This document shows, in pieces, positions 43,239-54,972 of a stretch of DNA of 64,000 nucleotides (position 1 is the first letter of the stretch; every line of letters begins with the position of its first letter). Below the pieces are notes generated by a model that was given only the letters and a program-made list of their open reading frames with translations, ran no database searches and was not told where the DNA came from. The position numbers and the translations under genes are program-made. This stretch comes from Trypanosoma brucei (taxonomy: Eukaryota). The DNA lies in assembly GCA_000002445.1 (NCBI GenBank), contig AL929603.2, positions 608,001 through 672,000 on the forward strand. Direction: 5' to 3'.

Positions 43239-46200
43239 CGTCAGCTTTTATGACCAATGCTTAGCTAACATTCACGAGCCACACACAAAACAACACGAAA
43301 AACAAAGAGGTGAGAAGATATGTTGAGGAATCAAATAATAAAAGAAACGCACACACGAACCACAGGGCACCAACGTTTCAACAACACCGTGCCTCAGCAT
43401 AACTATGGCACACCAAAACCTCGCACACACAAATACACAAACACGTACTTGCGCATCGGGACATCAACCAACTCTGCGAAGTTAACATTAGAGTCGATTT
43501 CCACAGCCCCTTCCTGTCTCCAGAGGGTCCTTACAGCAACCATGACTAAACGACAAAGCGTCCCTCCACAGATATAGGGAAAATTAGGTAAATATCTGCA
43601 GTAGTCCATTTATAGCACGTTCATTCTTCACATGTCAGTTAGTGGGGGAAAGGTAACATGTACGTGACGGCCGGTCCTATTATCAAGAAGTAATAGAAAA
43701 GGCACTACATACGCGTAGCCACACAACTCATGATGTGAGGATATGCAACAACACTATGATTAGCAAAAATGATACAGGCATTCGCGAACTGACTCTTATG
43801 CCACGAAACGCCCATACACACCGAAACTGCAGGAGACATTCTGTTGCTGCTAGCCCCACGGTGGATGATGGGCCATCTCACACTCCCACAACTGTGCCTT
43901 GATGTACAACACAGTCTTGCCAGCTAATTTCATTGATCTTTATAGGGGATAGAGGACTGTTTTTCGGTATGAATACTAATGTTATGATATCTTCGAGTTT
44001 GTTATCTGAATAATCTATGATCTCATTTCCTGTTGCGGAATAGGAAAGTACCAACCAACGCCATAATGTACCTACGCATTACAAGAATTTATTCCATGTT
44101 TAACTTCAGTGTCGTTCTCGGGCGCACTTAAGCATTCTTGCCGTTGCCGAGTATTCGCCAAATGTAATGTGTTTGAAGTGCCTTCTCTCCCCCCTCTTAA
44201 GCTCCTTACTAGTACATGTTTTGTGGCTTTGACTGTGATGTGATTCATGGGGGGCTGTTCTTCAATTCTGTTCAGTTTCTGGTGGCATGCAGGTGTTTTT
44301 CCAGGTATGTATTGCTTATCACCTCAGTTGCTCCTACCAATGGAACGCAAATGTGCGTTGCCTTTCAGTGTTATAGATGTGTCTGTCAGATTGCATGACA
44401 CGTATGTGCTACTTTATGAACATCTCCTTTTGAAATCCGTTGGCTCCAGCACCGCTATCACCACGTCTCTTTGTAAAATGCATCATGTAGGCTCCATCCA
44501 CATGACCTCCATTGTTCACTTCCCCACCACCACCCAACCCCCTCCCTTCACCTTTGGATGTCACCGTCCCCTATTGGTTAATGGATGCATCCGTCAGTAG
44601 TGGTTTTGTGACTGCCAGAGTTGGGGTGGTTTGACGGGGGTACTCTTCATTGCATCAATCCACTTTCAGCCAACCATCGATTTGTGAGGAGGTGATTCCG
44701 CTGGATCTTTGTCCTTTCATGCACTGCGCTGAAGTTGTGAGAACTGCTGAAGCATCATCCTCAAAAAAGAAGTGGCATGTAAAAGCTGATCCCGATCGCG
44801 CACCTGCGCTGCAGATCTCGACCGACGTGAAGCTACCTAATTCTTTCACCGTGGGCCTTCCAAGGGGTGTCGATCCACTGAGCGTTCCTGCCTTTTTTTT
44901 TTCTTCCACTCAAAGGAACTGGACCTCTTGTGGTTAAACAGCTCCAGGAGAAGTCACAGCCCTTTATCAGTGTCGTTTTATTCCACCACCCCCCCCCTCC
45001 CTCCCCTGCTGCTGCGCCCTGTCGCACATCTTCCTGCTACAGTATTTACCCCCACTGCTACCCACTCTTTTTTTTTCAGCCTGTCCAAAAAGCCGTCGTG
45101 AGTCCAAACGCGTATTTTTAGCTAAGTCGGTAATGTACGCCACGTTTTCAGCGCCCCAGAGTTGTCTGCCAGTCCTCTCTATTGCGTGCGAAATGTCTGG
45201 ACCGTATTGACAGTACAGCGGGAGCTGAGAGATCTCCACAGACCACCCCGTCTCCGTCCGATATCGAAAGTCCGTGTATGTACCACCCGGCAAACCCACC
45301 TAGAAAAAAAAAAAGAAGGCCCGCAAACAAAAGATGGTAACTACCTCGTCATGCAGCGCAAATTGCGCCCCGGCGAAACAGTCTCCTCGTAGTCCTCCTG
45401 GCATATTTTTTTTCTGTTTGGGTAATGAACAGCCTTCTTCGTAGCAACCTTTTTTCCTCACGCTATTGTAAAAGGAGCTAATGGTAAAAGAAAACTACCC
45501 ATTATGCAGCGGTTGAGGCCGATACTTCCGTAACCACCCGCGTCGTTTCCTTTCGCATTTCATCCGCTTCGGAATTCGTGAACAGGGCTCCTGTCCCTAA
45601 CTCCAGCCCACTCAAGTGACAATATGTTAACGTCCCCTTGTTGCGGTACCATTCGCTACAGCTCCTCTTGAGCAGCTATCTCTCACGATGAGTGCTTCGA
45701 AGAATGCCGCTGCTGCTCTGAAGAGACGGCCCTGTCTGATCACATGTTACTTCCCAGGATTCCCCATAAAGTAGTTAATTCTTCTTTCCCTCTCTAGAGG
45801 AGCGTCTCCAACAAAAACGCCTCATTTAACAGATCGAACTAAGCCCTTAGTTGTTTGTGTCTCGGTGGGGGAACTCTATTAGGTCCTTATGTTTTTCTAG
45901 GGAACTAATTTCGATAATTTTTCGGAGTGCTCCCCAACCGATGTTGATTCTTTCCCTCACCCGATGTTGGCAAGCCAATTTTTTTCTTTCCAAACGGCGT
46001 TATCCCGCCCCATTGGCCACCCCCAACCCACACCAGCTACGGTACAATGTACTCTTTTCCGTTGTCAGAGTTTTGCCTATAAGTTTGAGTTACCACCTCT
46101 CTACAGGACATGCTTGTCCCCATCGATTGATGTTTCCGCCTAAAGACCTGCAAGAAACATCTATCCCGGTGTTCTACGTGGATCCAGTAACGCTAACAGG

Positions 46201-48592
46201 GTCACTGTGTTATGAACTGAACCGTTTTCAGTCAGTTACAGGGCTATAACGAATAAGGGAGCATTCCCCCGCCTATATCCCTAAGTTGTGCTTCCCAGTA
46301 AATCTACCGAGTTGCTTCGTTGCGAGTATTCTTTGTTTCCAAGCTTACTGTGCTCACATCGTCTTCTTCTTTGTTTTTATGATTAGCCTTTCAAAGCCCA
46401 GGAAGCTATGGACAGGACGTGACTTAAGGTCGGAACTGGAATCACCTCGAACACAGACCTTTGAAGGGGCAAGAGCCTGTAGTGGTCCGAATAACATCTA
46501 TCCATGACCTGTAGTGCTTTGTCTTAACTTTTGAGAGTTCGCTTCCCCAGACATAAACACTTTTTTTGGATTAGATTTCTTTTTAAACTGTTTCATGTCC
46601 GACCTCCGGATGTTTCCACTCGTGCTTCGCCCTCGGGTGCTGAATCCCAATATTTCCCTTTCCCCGGGTCTCAAAGTTTCTGGGGCAGGTAGTTGGTTTC
46701 CCTCTTTGTCACTTGGTCCTTCGGACCACTCGAGTAGCATGTTGATCTGTTACGCACAGCGCAGGAGCATCGGTAACACCGTGCAGTGCTCGAAGGAAGT
46801 TGCGAATTTTTCTTTTTATATTCGCTTTTTGAATTGCCTGGTGACTGGAGTCATCTTCCTTTACTTGGACCCCATACTGCTATTTCCAAATTCTCAATTC
46901 CCTGTCCGTGGGCTTGCCCTCGCCACCTACATGGCTCAGAAGTACTCATGCAGCGTGCCTTCCAGTCAAGCATGTTCTTACAGGAAACATCCTCTGGCCA
47001 AGTTGCTCTTCTCCATAGCAGAGAAGTGTGGCACGTTTTTCCCAGTTCAAATTCCCCCTTGATAGATGATGAAAACACCACACTACAGGGCGCCAGCGGT
47101 TTTTCGGATGACATTGTTAGTATGTACCCCATCGTCCCTTCACATGAGTGGATACTTTCCTCTCGCCCTGAAACCACTTTCAATCAGTTTTTCATACGCG
47201 CACACACACCAAAACCATACCTGCCGAAGACGTCGACGAGAGGCAGGGCCGCGTCGGTTTGGCAGCTGGTGCTGGGGCGGACCTGGCATCTTGGATAGCG
47301 GGACAGTCTCGCCACGGTGCGGATCGTCAGTTTTGTTGATCTTCCAGTTGTGTTTACAAAGTGGGGGTCGCACCCGCAGTTCGTCCACGAAAGACACAGC
47401 CCTAGTCGGAAAACTCGGAAACCGTGTCCGTTTCACCTTCGCTTCTTAGAGTCATTGCACAAGCCGGGCGACGAGTCGGTAAGTTACAGTTTTCGAGCAT
47501 TTGCCCTTGCGCAACCTGGTTTGATGGGGAGGTTTCATTTCCTCTCTCTTTTTTTTTTCTTTATTTGGAAGGAGGAGGATTATGTGCGAACGTGAGCCCA
47601 CGTATGCTCGCCTCCCGTTATGGCCCGTCAACGAGGCGAAAAATGGTCGGCGTGTCAACCGTTTTGCATTGCAGGCGCCCGCGCGCGAGTCTCCGCTGTA
47701 GTTGTTGTTATTGTTTTTGCAGAGTTCTACTCGCGCCGTCGTGAGAGTCAGACACCCGCGGCCGTAGCCGCAAGCCGCGACACAAGACACTTTTCGGTCG
47801 CAAAAGTACCGCCGCGCGGGGCAACATGGCGCGAAAAGGCGGAGCCAAGAAATCATGGAGGGTGGCTGCTGCTTAAGCGGCCGCGGTGACTGAAAGGGGT
47901 GTGGTGCAACCGCGCAAATTCGGGGACTAACACCGGGGGTACTCTTGAAGCAAGCTGTTCACCACGGGCAACAACTTGAAGCACGAGTACTCGGACATGA
48001 CGTTGCATGCCGCTGAGCGGAAAGCGTGTGAGTGCCCATTTCACTGTTACCCTTTACCCGGGTATTCTTTCGCGAAGGCTCAAGCCTGCAAACGGTTGCT
48101 GCTTTATCAGCAACCTTGGAGAACCTGAAGGGAAGCTACAGTATGTACTTTGGTGCCGTCATGTGTGCCGCTGATGTTATCCTTCTACTCTCGGTATTTT
48201 GATTGGAGCAGCAGCAGTGAGCCCACATGCGCTAGTTACACGCACATGGAATTAATATGAGCTTACTAAAATAAGTGAGGTGCCCCATCTGCTAACATGT
48301 AAGGGAAATGGGTTTGCACGGACCCCTTATCCCATTCCAGTAGTAGGGGTTAAACCACACGTGTGTGCAGGAACCCGTAACTGCGTTTCCTTTGATAATG
48401 ACCCTATAAAAAGGAATAAGAAGATGGTTTAATGAGTCTAAACTCCTAAATCTGTGTGGGGAAGTGAGCGAATGATGTTAAATTGATACCCGCCTATGAA
48501 CCTGAGCTATCTCGTTGAACTGAATCTCTCCTTTCTGGCATCTGTCTCTGCATCTTGTCATTAGCGCTGTTGGAAACCCCCATACATCAACA
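43239..48592. other. divergent strand-switch region: ~5.3 kb without supportable CDS between the - strand transporter array and the + strand unit starting at 48593 (inferred Pol II transcription-start zone)
   Basis: Six-frame ORFs in 43913-48590 are all under 171 aa, mutually overlapping in different frames and without recognisable motifs. Composition is less pyrimidine-skewed than the inter-CDS spacers. Flanking genes diverge from it. Confidence 0.6.
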
Positions 48593-49333
48593 ATGAAACA
48601 TGTTTCTGAAATGTTCATCCCTGGCATGACATTATCGCACCTTGTTTCTCCCTTGCTCAGCATGCCAACTGCCACGAATCGTTTCTACGCACTTTACGGC
48701 CATTATAGCGTGCGTGAGGGGGATAGTGATGCAACAGAAAGCTCATTGATAGTTGAGGCCGTAGTGAGAGTCGTGTTACCCCTACATGCAGCGCCGCCAG
48801 AGGAGACAAAATTTATAGGTTTTGCTTCCGTGAAAAAGTCCAGTCCACACAAACTCTCATATGAAGAGACAAGGTTGCTTCGAGGGGATACTGAACCCGC
48901 AGAGTCATTCTTGCAAAAAAGTGATCGGTCCTACCCAATGTTGCTGCTTTTAGTGACAACACCTCTCGAGGTCCCTGTAGCAAAGAGTACAAAAAAGGTG
49001 GAATACAGTGTCTTTGAGTGCAAAACAGGCTCAGCGGACTTTTCTGAAAAAGCGATACCCCTTAAGGTAGATAACATGGTCGACTCTTTTTCCGCGTTTG
49101 TCCGGCTCAGCAATTTGGGGAGTCATGCTCTGGTTCGCAAGCAGTCCTCACCACCTACGCAGAGTTCACCCTCAGCGAACGAACTCAGTTTTCAATCCTC
49201 CATTAGCCAGTTAGAAGTGGCGAGTGCTAAAAGGCAGACGCTTCTAAAGCGTTTGGCCGAAGTGGAACGACTCCTTGAGCGTAAACAAACGGGGATGCTG
49301 AGAGCAGATGAACAGAAGCCCAACCGTATTTGA
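48593..49333 (+). CDS. hypothetical protein, 246 aa, C-terminal coiled-coil segment
   Basis: First ORF after the divergent region, preceded by the pyrimidine tract 'ctctcctttctggcatctgtctctgcatcttgtc' plus AG. The C-terminal 'ISQLEVASAKRQTLLKRLAEVERLLERKQ' is heptad-like. No known domain is present. Confidence 0.45.
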   Translation: MKHVSEMFIPGMTLSHLVSPLLSMPTATNRFYALYGHYSVREGDSDATESSLIVEAVVRVVLPLHAAPPEETKFIGFASVKKSSPHKLSYEETRLLRGDTEPAESFLQKSDRSYPMLLLLVTTPLEVPVAKSTKKVEYSVFECKTGSADFSEKAIPLKVDNMVDSFSAFVRLSNLGSHALVRKQSSPPTQSSPSANELSFQSSISQLEVASAKRQTLLKRLAEVERLLERKQTGMLRADEQKPNRI

Positions 49334-49657
49334 GCAAGCATCCCTTGGTGGGTTTTATTTCGTCCGTCACACTGCTGAGCACTGACTTGCACCGTAATTG
49401 TATGTATATTTGTGATCGGAAGTTTTTGTTGTTTTCTTTTTTTTTTTTGCGGAGATTATGAAAGGAGGTTGTAAGGTATCCAACCAATATTTCTTTTATT
49501 GTGAGGGGTTTTGGAGTATATCTTGTTGCTGCTAATGCTAACAGAAAGATTATAATGTCTTCGCAATGCGTAATGGCCTGTGGAACACGTGAGCCGAGTC
49601 ACACGCTTTACTTTTAGCGGCTATTACCATTGGTGAGAGGTCGATGACTACACCCAA

Positions 49658-49661
<4 letters not shown>

Positions 49662-49690
<29 letters not shown>
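49662..49690. repeat. (AT)n microsatellite
   Basis: atatatatatatatatatatatatatat read directly. Confidence 0.9.
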
Positions 49691-49691
<1 letters not shown>

Positions 49692-50814
49692 CGTAAGTCT
49701 ACCCTGCTACACCGTATGTCCTGTATGTGTTTGATTTAACAGTTAAAGTTAGCTTTTCCTGACAAGTTGTGCGCACTGGCAACAGCCACATATTCATAAC
49801 GCTTTCGAGTGTGAGGGTGTGATGTTTGGGATGAGCTTCTGATTATGTTCCTATGTAGGAGGGGGCATAAGGATGTGGTGCCTTACCTGCGCGTCCAATA
49901 TTGCCGTGGCATAGTCAAGTAGTACTTTCTTTTAGAGGTGGTTCCGCGTCACGCATGAATTTGGCAGGGCATTGTCTCCGCATTCCCTTCGTCAGCGTCT
50001 CAGATAAGCATTTCAGATTTGTATTTCCTGTGGAATACCACCACCGATGAAGAACATGTCCGAATTGCTATCCAGTCTGTTGTGTTGGCCGCATCACAGC
50101 ATTCGCAGTGTATGACGTTGGAATGCTTTTCGTAAGGAACTGGACGTAAGCCACCTGAACGTAGAACAGTGCACTTGCCTCAACCGGTTTTTTGGTAGTG
50201 GTGCCTCCGTACCCTGGCCACGCAAGAAAAGGAAAAGGCTCACGAACGTCACGTGGTTTTTGTAAAGGTACTGAAGAATAGGAGGCCACATCTAGGCATC
50301 TAAAGTGTCGTAACGTGATGGTCTTTGTCGGGTCGAGTTGGTGAGAAAGTTTGACTGGTGATTTTGGTTCCTTCGTTTTCCACAACGAATGGCATAGATT
50401 GTTTATTGTCGTGGGATATTGTGCCACTCTAACATCAGTCTAACACTGAAGCGTAAACGAAAAGATGGGCTTAAGCGGACTGGTGTGTGTGGTGTCAATT
50501 TAAGTACCGTGCATTCTAGATGGAAAGCTTTCCACCGTGTTTTTTTTTTTAACCACCAACATTAAAGCGGGAAATTATTTTCGTCGGCGTACTATATGTA
50601 CCGAGTCAAACTCAGCCACTTCATGTAGTCGTCCCCCCCCTTTGGTCTGTCACTCTGTTATGGTAACAAGAGGGGTGGCCGAAATAGGTGGTGTCTTCAC
50701 TGCCGTGAACGCAGATTGGAAGTGTTACATCAAAGTTTCCAAGGACTACTTCTGGAGCAAAAAAAAAAGAAGTTTCGCTAAATGACTACAGTATACATGC
50801 TGATATAAATACAT

Positions 50815-53800
50815 ATGCTTTTTGGGGGAAATGGTTCGCATAGCGAAATGCAATGCAGTGACGGGAAAACATGTGAATGTAGCCCTCGACTCACGAAAAA
50901 GTACACTTTTATTCCATTATGTTCAAGTCGTTTTACCATGTTGTTGTCCATCCCGGTAAGAAGTGGGTGCGAAGCAAACAGTTTAACGGTAACAAGGGAT
51001 AGAAAACATGGAACAAGTAATTGCGCTCCTCCATCAGTTGAGGTGTCACCCTGCGCATCTTCGTTTCTGGTAGGTGACGCCGCACAAATTGTTGTTTGCC
51101 TCCTGAAGTCACCGAGCGTGTACCAAATCTGTGGAACCGTTTTGTTCCGTCAACATCGAGTTGGCTCACTCGCGTGTTGCTTTGTGGAACCTGAGGGCCG
51201 GTGGGGCGACTTTGGTTGTTCAGCAGTGACAACTCTCACATCGAATGAATCTAAGAACATACACATCGGCGAGGGGAGCGATATAGTGTACTTTTCTTTT
51301 ATGTCCTCGACTGAGGTGATGGCAGTATCGTACGGGGCTTGCGTTGGGTACATGCAACTGAGCGCTGACAAACACATTATAAAAGGGAAGAGCATGCAAT
51401 TGGACGGCTTGTCAAACGTATCTTGTGCCTGTTTGGTCAATGAGCTGTCGTTATTGGTGGTACTGACCGAGAGGTATGTATGTGGAGTGGTGGATATTCG
51501 CAGCGGTTGTATTCTGGAGGTTGTATGCGACAGCATGCCGGTTAAATTAGGCATCCCGTCATCGTGCGTCCTGCTACAGCTAGGAGATAGTGGCACAATT
51601 GATATCATGGTGAACTTCCCCTCAAGTGTAGAACCACATATACTCACTTTGCGGAGAAAACAATGTGAACCCCCCTCCGCTGACGCGCAAAAGCGTGTCA
51701 AAGCCAAGCATAATTCTCACCTCAAGGATCTAACAGGTGGGCTGTGCACCAAGCGTTGCGAAGATTTTTCCCTTGTGGCATCCGTTGGGTGGGAAATGGT
51801 GAAGTTTCTAGTCATGCAAAAGGGGAAATTGCGGGGCCTCGCTAATTTTGAAAACGAAACTGGTACGCCCTTTTTCTCTGGATTTTGGGCCGGTGATCAT
51901 TTTGTTGCTATCCGTGCCGATGGTTTGGTTGTATTCCTGTCGGTTGAGTTGCACCAGGGGCACTTCGATAAGCTTGAGATTTCCACGTTGGGAAGCATGG
52001 ACCTCATATCTTGCAGCGCTGCACTCTTGTACGAACAGTCCGATCGCTTCTTTGTTTTAGCGGTGAAAAACATGGAGGCACTATGGAACAACGCATCTGA
52101 TGCAGTCTGCATATCGGATAGCAACAACGCAAGACGTATGCTCAAGTGTCATACCGCCCCTGTATGCCCGACGGGCACCGTATTGGTTGACACGGTGTTC
52201 TTTCGTGATGGAATTGCTCTGCTCACCGTCGAGTCTTCCGGAGACTGCTCAGCGACATTTTTAACTGCGTCGGGAGCCCCATCACTGCTATTGGCGAGGG
52301 AAAAAAATCCAGAAGATATTGCCAGTTGCCTGTTGTACGACCAAAGAGAAACAATTTTCGTCACGGGGCACCAAGACGGAACACTGCATGTTTGGATTAC
52401 GGTACAACTTAGACACATCGTTCATACAGGACACGCAGGGCCGGTGGACAAGGTAGTGTTACTACCCGAAGGCGGAAAACGGTGTAGTTACGGCTTCATA
52501 TCCGTCTGTACGCAACGTGGGAGCGTGGTAGTGCATCACGCCGAGACATTTGAATGTGTATGCGTGGTGCAGGCGCCAAGTGCCCCACTTACCAGTCTAC
52601 TGTGGGATCCGTCGAGTGAGTGCATGATTGCAATCAGTGGAACTCTCGGAAACCTTTGGCACGCACCCACACATTGTATTCGGTTCGCTTTTCACACTTC
52701 GTTGTGCACTGCTGAGGGCCTAAAACGACCGGATCTACTGCGGTATCCATACAGGAGTGAAGACGTGGAGGTAGATAAAATCTCCGTGTGTGGAAGAACT
52801 TATCTTTCCATCCGTGTAGATGTGGCGTCCCTTCTCGACGCACTGAGTCAGCGCGGTGCGGGTGAATTAAGACCAAGTAGCCGGATCGTGCTGTCTCTTT
52901 TATTTTCTCGACTCAGTCAAGTTATAAAGCAGTTAAGGGAGTTTGCTGGGTCTACGAATACCTCGAAGGATGGTCATGAGTTTTTTAGTCCAGTCAATGG
53001 GGTTCAGTCTGGCACGTATACATTAGCTACTTCCATTGCGTGCAAATTACTTAGCGGCTCGCGGGGATCCGCGGATCTTGAGAAGGTGATATACGGAAAG
53101 GAACTTTGTGACTCGCTTTTGAACTCAGGTTGTATTGCGGAGGTGCCGACACCCGAAGACATTATTATCCAAGCGTTTCCGCTTCTGTTAAAACTGACAG
53201 AAGTAGCACGAAAGGCAGTCCGTCAGTCCATCAGGGCAGCAATGGCTTTGCTTCCAACACAGAGGTTAAACGACCTGGTGAAAAATCTCCTCAACAGTGC
53301 CTCCAGCGACTCATCGATACGTCGTTGGTTTGGGGTGTCATATTCAACTTCAAACGTTGATGTGTGGTGCTATAGCCTGTTGATTCAGCTGACCATTGCT
53401 AGTGAGGCACCAGCAGCTGAATGTGCGGACGCAGTGTCTTCTGTGGTACAAAGCCTTCGTACGGAAACGCCGTGCTTTGCGAAGGTGCTCGTAGCCGAAG
53501 GCGAAACTCAACGCCTTCTATTTTTTTTACTCGTTCTTAGAGACTACTACGCGTACATGGCCGGAAACCTACTAACCGACTTACAACCCGTGGCTGACGC
53601 CGTGGCGACACTGGCATTCGAAGCAGATGGTAATGTTTCTGCGTCAGCAGTGAAAACCCTGCTAGTGATCACCATCACAGAAGGAAGACCTTTCATACAA
53701 GACTACCTAAATAGGTGGTATAGTACCAATGTCCACTGGAGACCCCGCCTACTTGGGTTCTTGGGAAGCCTAATTCAGGTGGCGCCTCTTCAGTCGTACA

Positions 53801-54354
53801 TTTCATTTTCAACAATGAGGGAACTGTTCCTACAGGCGTATGATCCACACAATCCCAGTAGGGTAGAGAGGGACGCGTGTGCAATGCCAGCGCTTCGTTT
53901 GATTGGTCTAGCGGTTACTTACCTTCCCAACGTTTCCTTTCAGCAGCAGCTGCAGTACCTAGCTGTAGGCAACCACGACGGTGTTGTACAGGTCATCGAT
54001 TTAAAAACAACCGGTATCATCGCCTCATTTGCCTCCCACACAGAAGCTATCCTTTGTGTCTCATATAGTAGCAACACGTCGAGCCATGACATCGCGGTTC
54101 TTGGCGAAAAAATGAATCAGGTAAAGGTGTGGCATGGAAGCCGCTCCACTGGTGTATTCGGTGCACTGTTTTCGGGCCCCACGATTGAATTTCGTCTCAG
54201 ATTCGTCGTTGATATACCACTACTCACGACATTCGATCCGGTGTCGTGTGACCTGCAGCTATTAGTTACCAAGTGCAAGCTGAAGTGGCTCTCGCCGCGA
54301 TGTGTTGAACTGTGCACACCAGTTCATGACAGATTGAGACTAACTGTTCCGTAA
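50815..54354 (+). CDS. large WD40/beta-propeller-containing hypothetical protein, 1179 aa
   Basis: WD-repeat-like units: 'VTGHQDGTLHVWITVQL...HTGHAGPVDKVVLL' and 'LAVGNHDGVVQVIDLKTTGIIASFASHTEAILCVSYSS'. The ORF is long with uniform coding composition. The true start may be an internal Met. Confidence 0.55.
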   Translation: MLFGGNGSHSEMQCSDGKTCECSPRLTKKYTFIPLCSSRFTMLLSIPVRSGCEANSLTVTRDRKHGTSNCAPPSVEVSPCASSFLVGDAAQIVVCLLKSPSVYQICGTVLFRQHRVGSLACCFVEPEGRWGDFGCSAVTTLTSNESKNIHIGEGSDIVYFSFMSSTEVMAVSYGACVGYMQLSADKHIIKGKSMQLDGLSNVSCACLVNELSLLVVLTERYVCGVVDIRSGCILEVVCDSMPVKLGIPSSCVLLQLGDSGTIDIMVNFPSSVEPHILTLRRKQCEPPSADAQKRVKAKHNSHLKDLTGGLCTKRCEDFSLVASVGWEMVKFLVMQKGKLRGLANFENETGTPFFSGFWAGDHFVAIRADGLVVFLSVELHQGHFDKLEISTLGSMDLISCSAALLYEQSDRFFVLAVKNMEALWNNASDAVCISDSNNARRMLKCHTAPVCPTGTVLVDTVFFRDGIALLTVESSGDCSATFLTASGAPSLLLAREKNPEDIASCLLYDQRETIFVTGHQDGTLHVWITVQLRHIVHTGHAGPVDKVVLLPEGGKRCSYGFISVCTQRGSVVVHHAETFECVCVVQAPSAPLTSLLWDPSSECMIAISGTLGNLWHAPTHCIRFAFHTSLCTAEGLKRPDLLRYPYRSEDVEVDKISVCGRTYLSIRVDVASLLDALSQRGAGELRPSSRIVLSLLFSRLSQVIKQLREFAGSTNTSKDGHEFFSPVNGVQSGTYTLATSIACKLLSGSRGSADLEKVIYGKELCDSLLNSGCIAEVPTPEDIIIQAFPLLLKLTEVARKAVRQSIRAAMALLPTQRLNDLVKNLLNSASSDSSIRRWFGVSYSTSNVDVWCYSLLIQLTIASEAPAAECADAVSSVVQSLRTETPCFAKVLVAEGETQRLLFFLLVLRDYYAYMAGNLLTDLQPVADAVATLAFEADGNVSASAVKTLLVITITEGRPFIQDYLNRWYSTNVHWRPRLLGFLGSLIQVAPLQSYISFSTMRELFLQAYDPHNPSRVERDACAMPALRLIGLAVTYLPNVSFQQQLQYLAVGNHDGVVQVIDLKTTGIIASFASHTEAILCVSYSSNTSSHDIAVLGEKMNQVKVWHGSRSTGVFGALFSGPTIEFRLRFVVDIPLLTTFDPVSCDLQLLVTKCKLKWLSPRCVELCTPVHDRLRLTVP

Positions 54355-54972
54355 GCGCCCCGCTTTGGACACGGGATCTCTTTGAATTTGCTCGTGCCAT
54401 CGCCCCCAAGTGAAGTTTGTTCCTGCATGAAACCGTGTATGCCAGGCGCATTCAGCGCGAAAAGGCAACTGTTGTTTCCCAAAATCAGCAAGAACACTTC
54501 AACGAGCACTCCTTGTTTTCACTAAACAGTCACCTCCATACATGCACGCGAGGCGCGTCTGTCTTCGCTTATTCGTTGTTGTTTGCTTCGTTTGGCTTAC
54601 AGGTGTTTAGTTGCTGATACAAAAAGCGACGGAATAACAGCTCTCGGTAACGGCTGCTTACTTGCCTAGCTTCACAACGGTTCGTTTCGGAAAGTGGGAT
54701 GGGGGAGGGGGGTGACGAGGCTGCTTCCCGGATCAATTATTGTTAGTGTTACCGCTAAACCCGCCTACAACCCCTAAGGATCATTAGTTGTTCCTCGATG
54801 ATGTAGCACGTTTGCTCGCCCCTAAAGGACGTAACAGCAGAGGTACTGTATTGCTAATGGTGGCACATATGCCCCCTGTATAGCAACGACTTGCGTTAAC
54901 CTGCTACGCACACGCACCTATTCCCTAACTTTTCTTTTTTATAAACCGAAGCTCAGTTGTGTAAGAAGCGAA

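Larger units (their letters stand above)
31778..43912. repeat. tandem array: three ~4.0-kb direct repeat units (31778-35772, 35773-39770, 39771-43773) plus a 139-bp partial fourth unit (43774-43912), each full unit carrying one transporter gene
   Basis: The ORF track shows identical sets of ORFs at offsets of 3995-4003 bp. The unit start motif 'acaggcattcgcgaactg' lies at 31778, 35773, 39771 and 43774. Sequence diverges from the unit consensus after 43912 ('...gatgtacaacacag' versus '...aatgtacaacacgg'). Confidence 0.95.

Noticed and set aside
31778-43912. Could the regularly spaced repeats be a CRISPR array?
   Set aside because: No. The repeat units are about 4 kb and contain a 652-aa gene. 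There are no short 25-50-bp repeats with unique spacers anywhere in the window, and the sequence is eukaryotic.
46595-47856. Cluster of overlapping 127-170-aa ORFs in three frames within the divergent region
   Set aside because: Mutually exclusive frames, no motifs, and no consistent codon bias. More likely non-coding.
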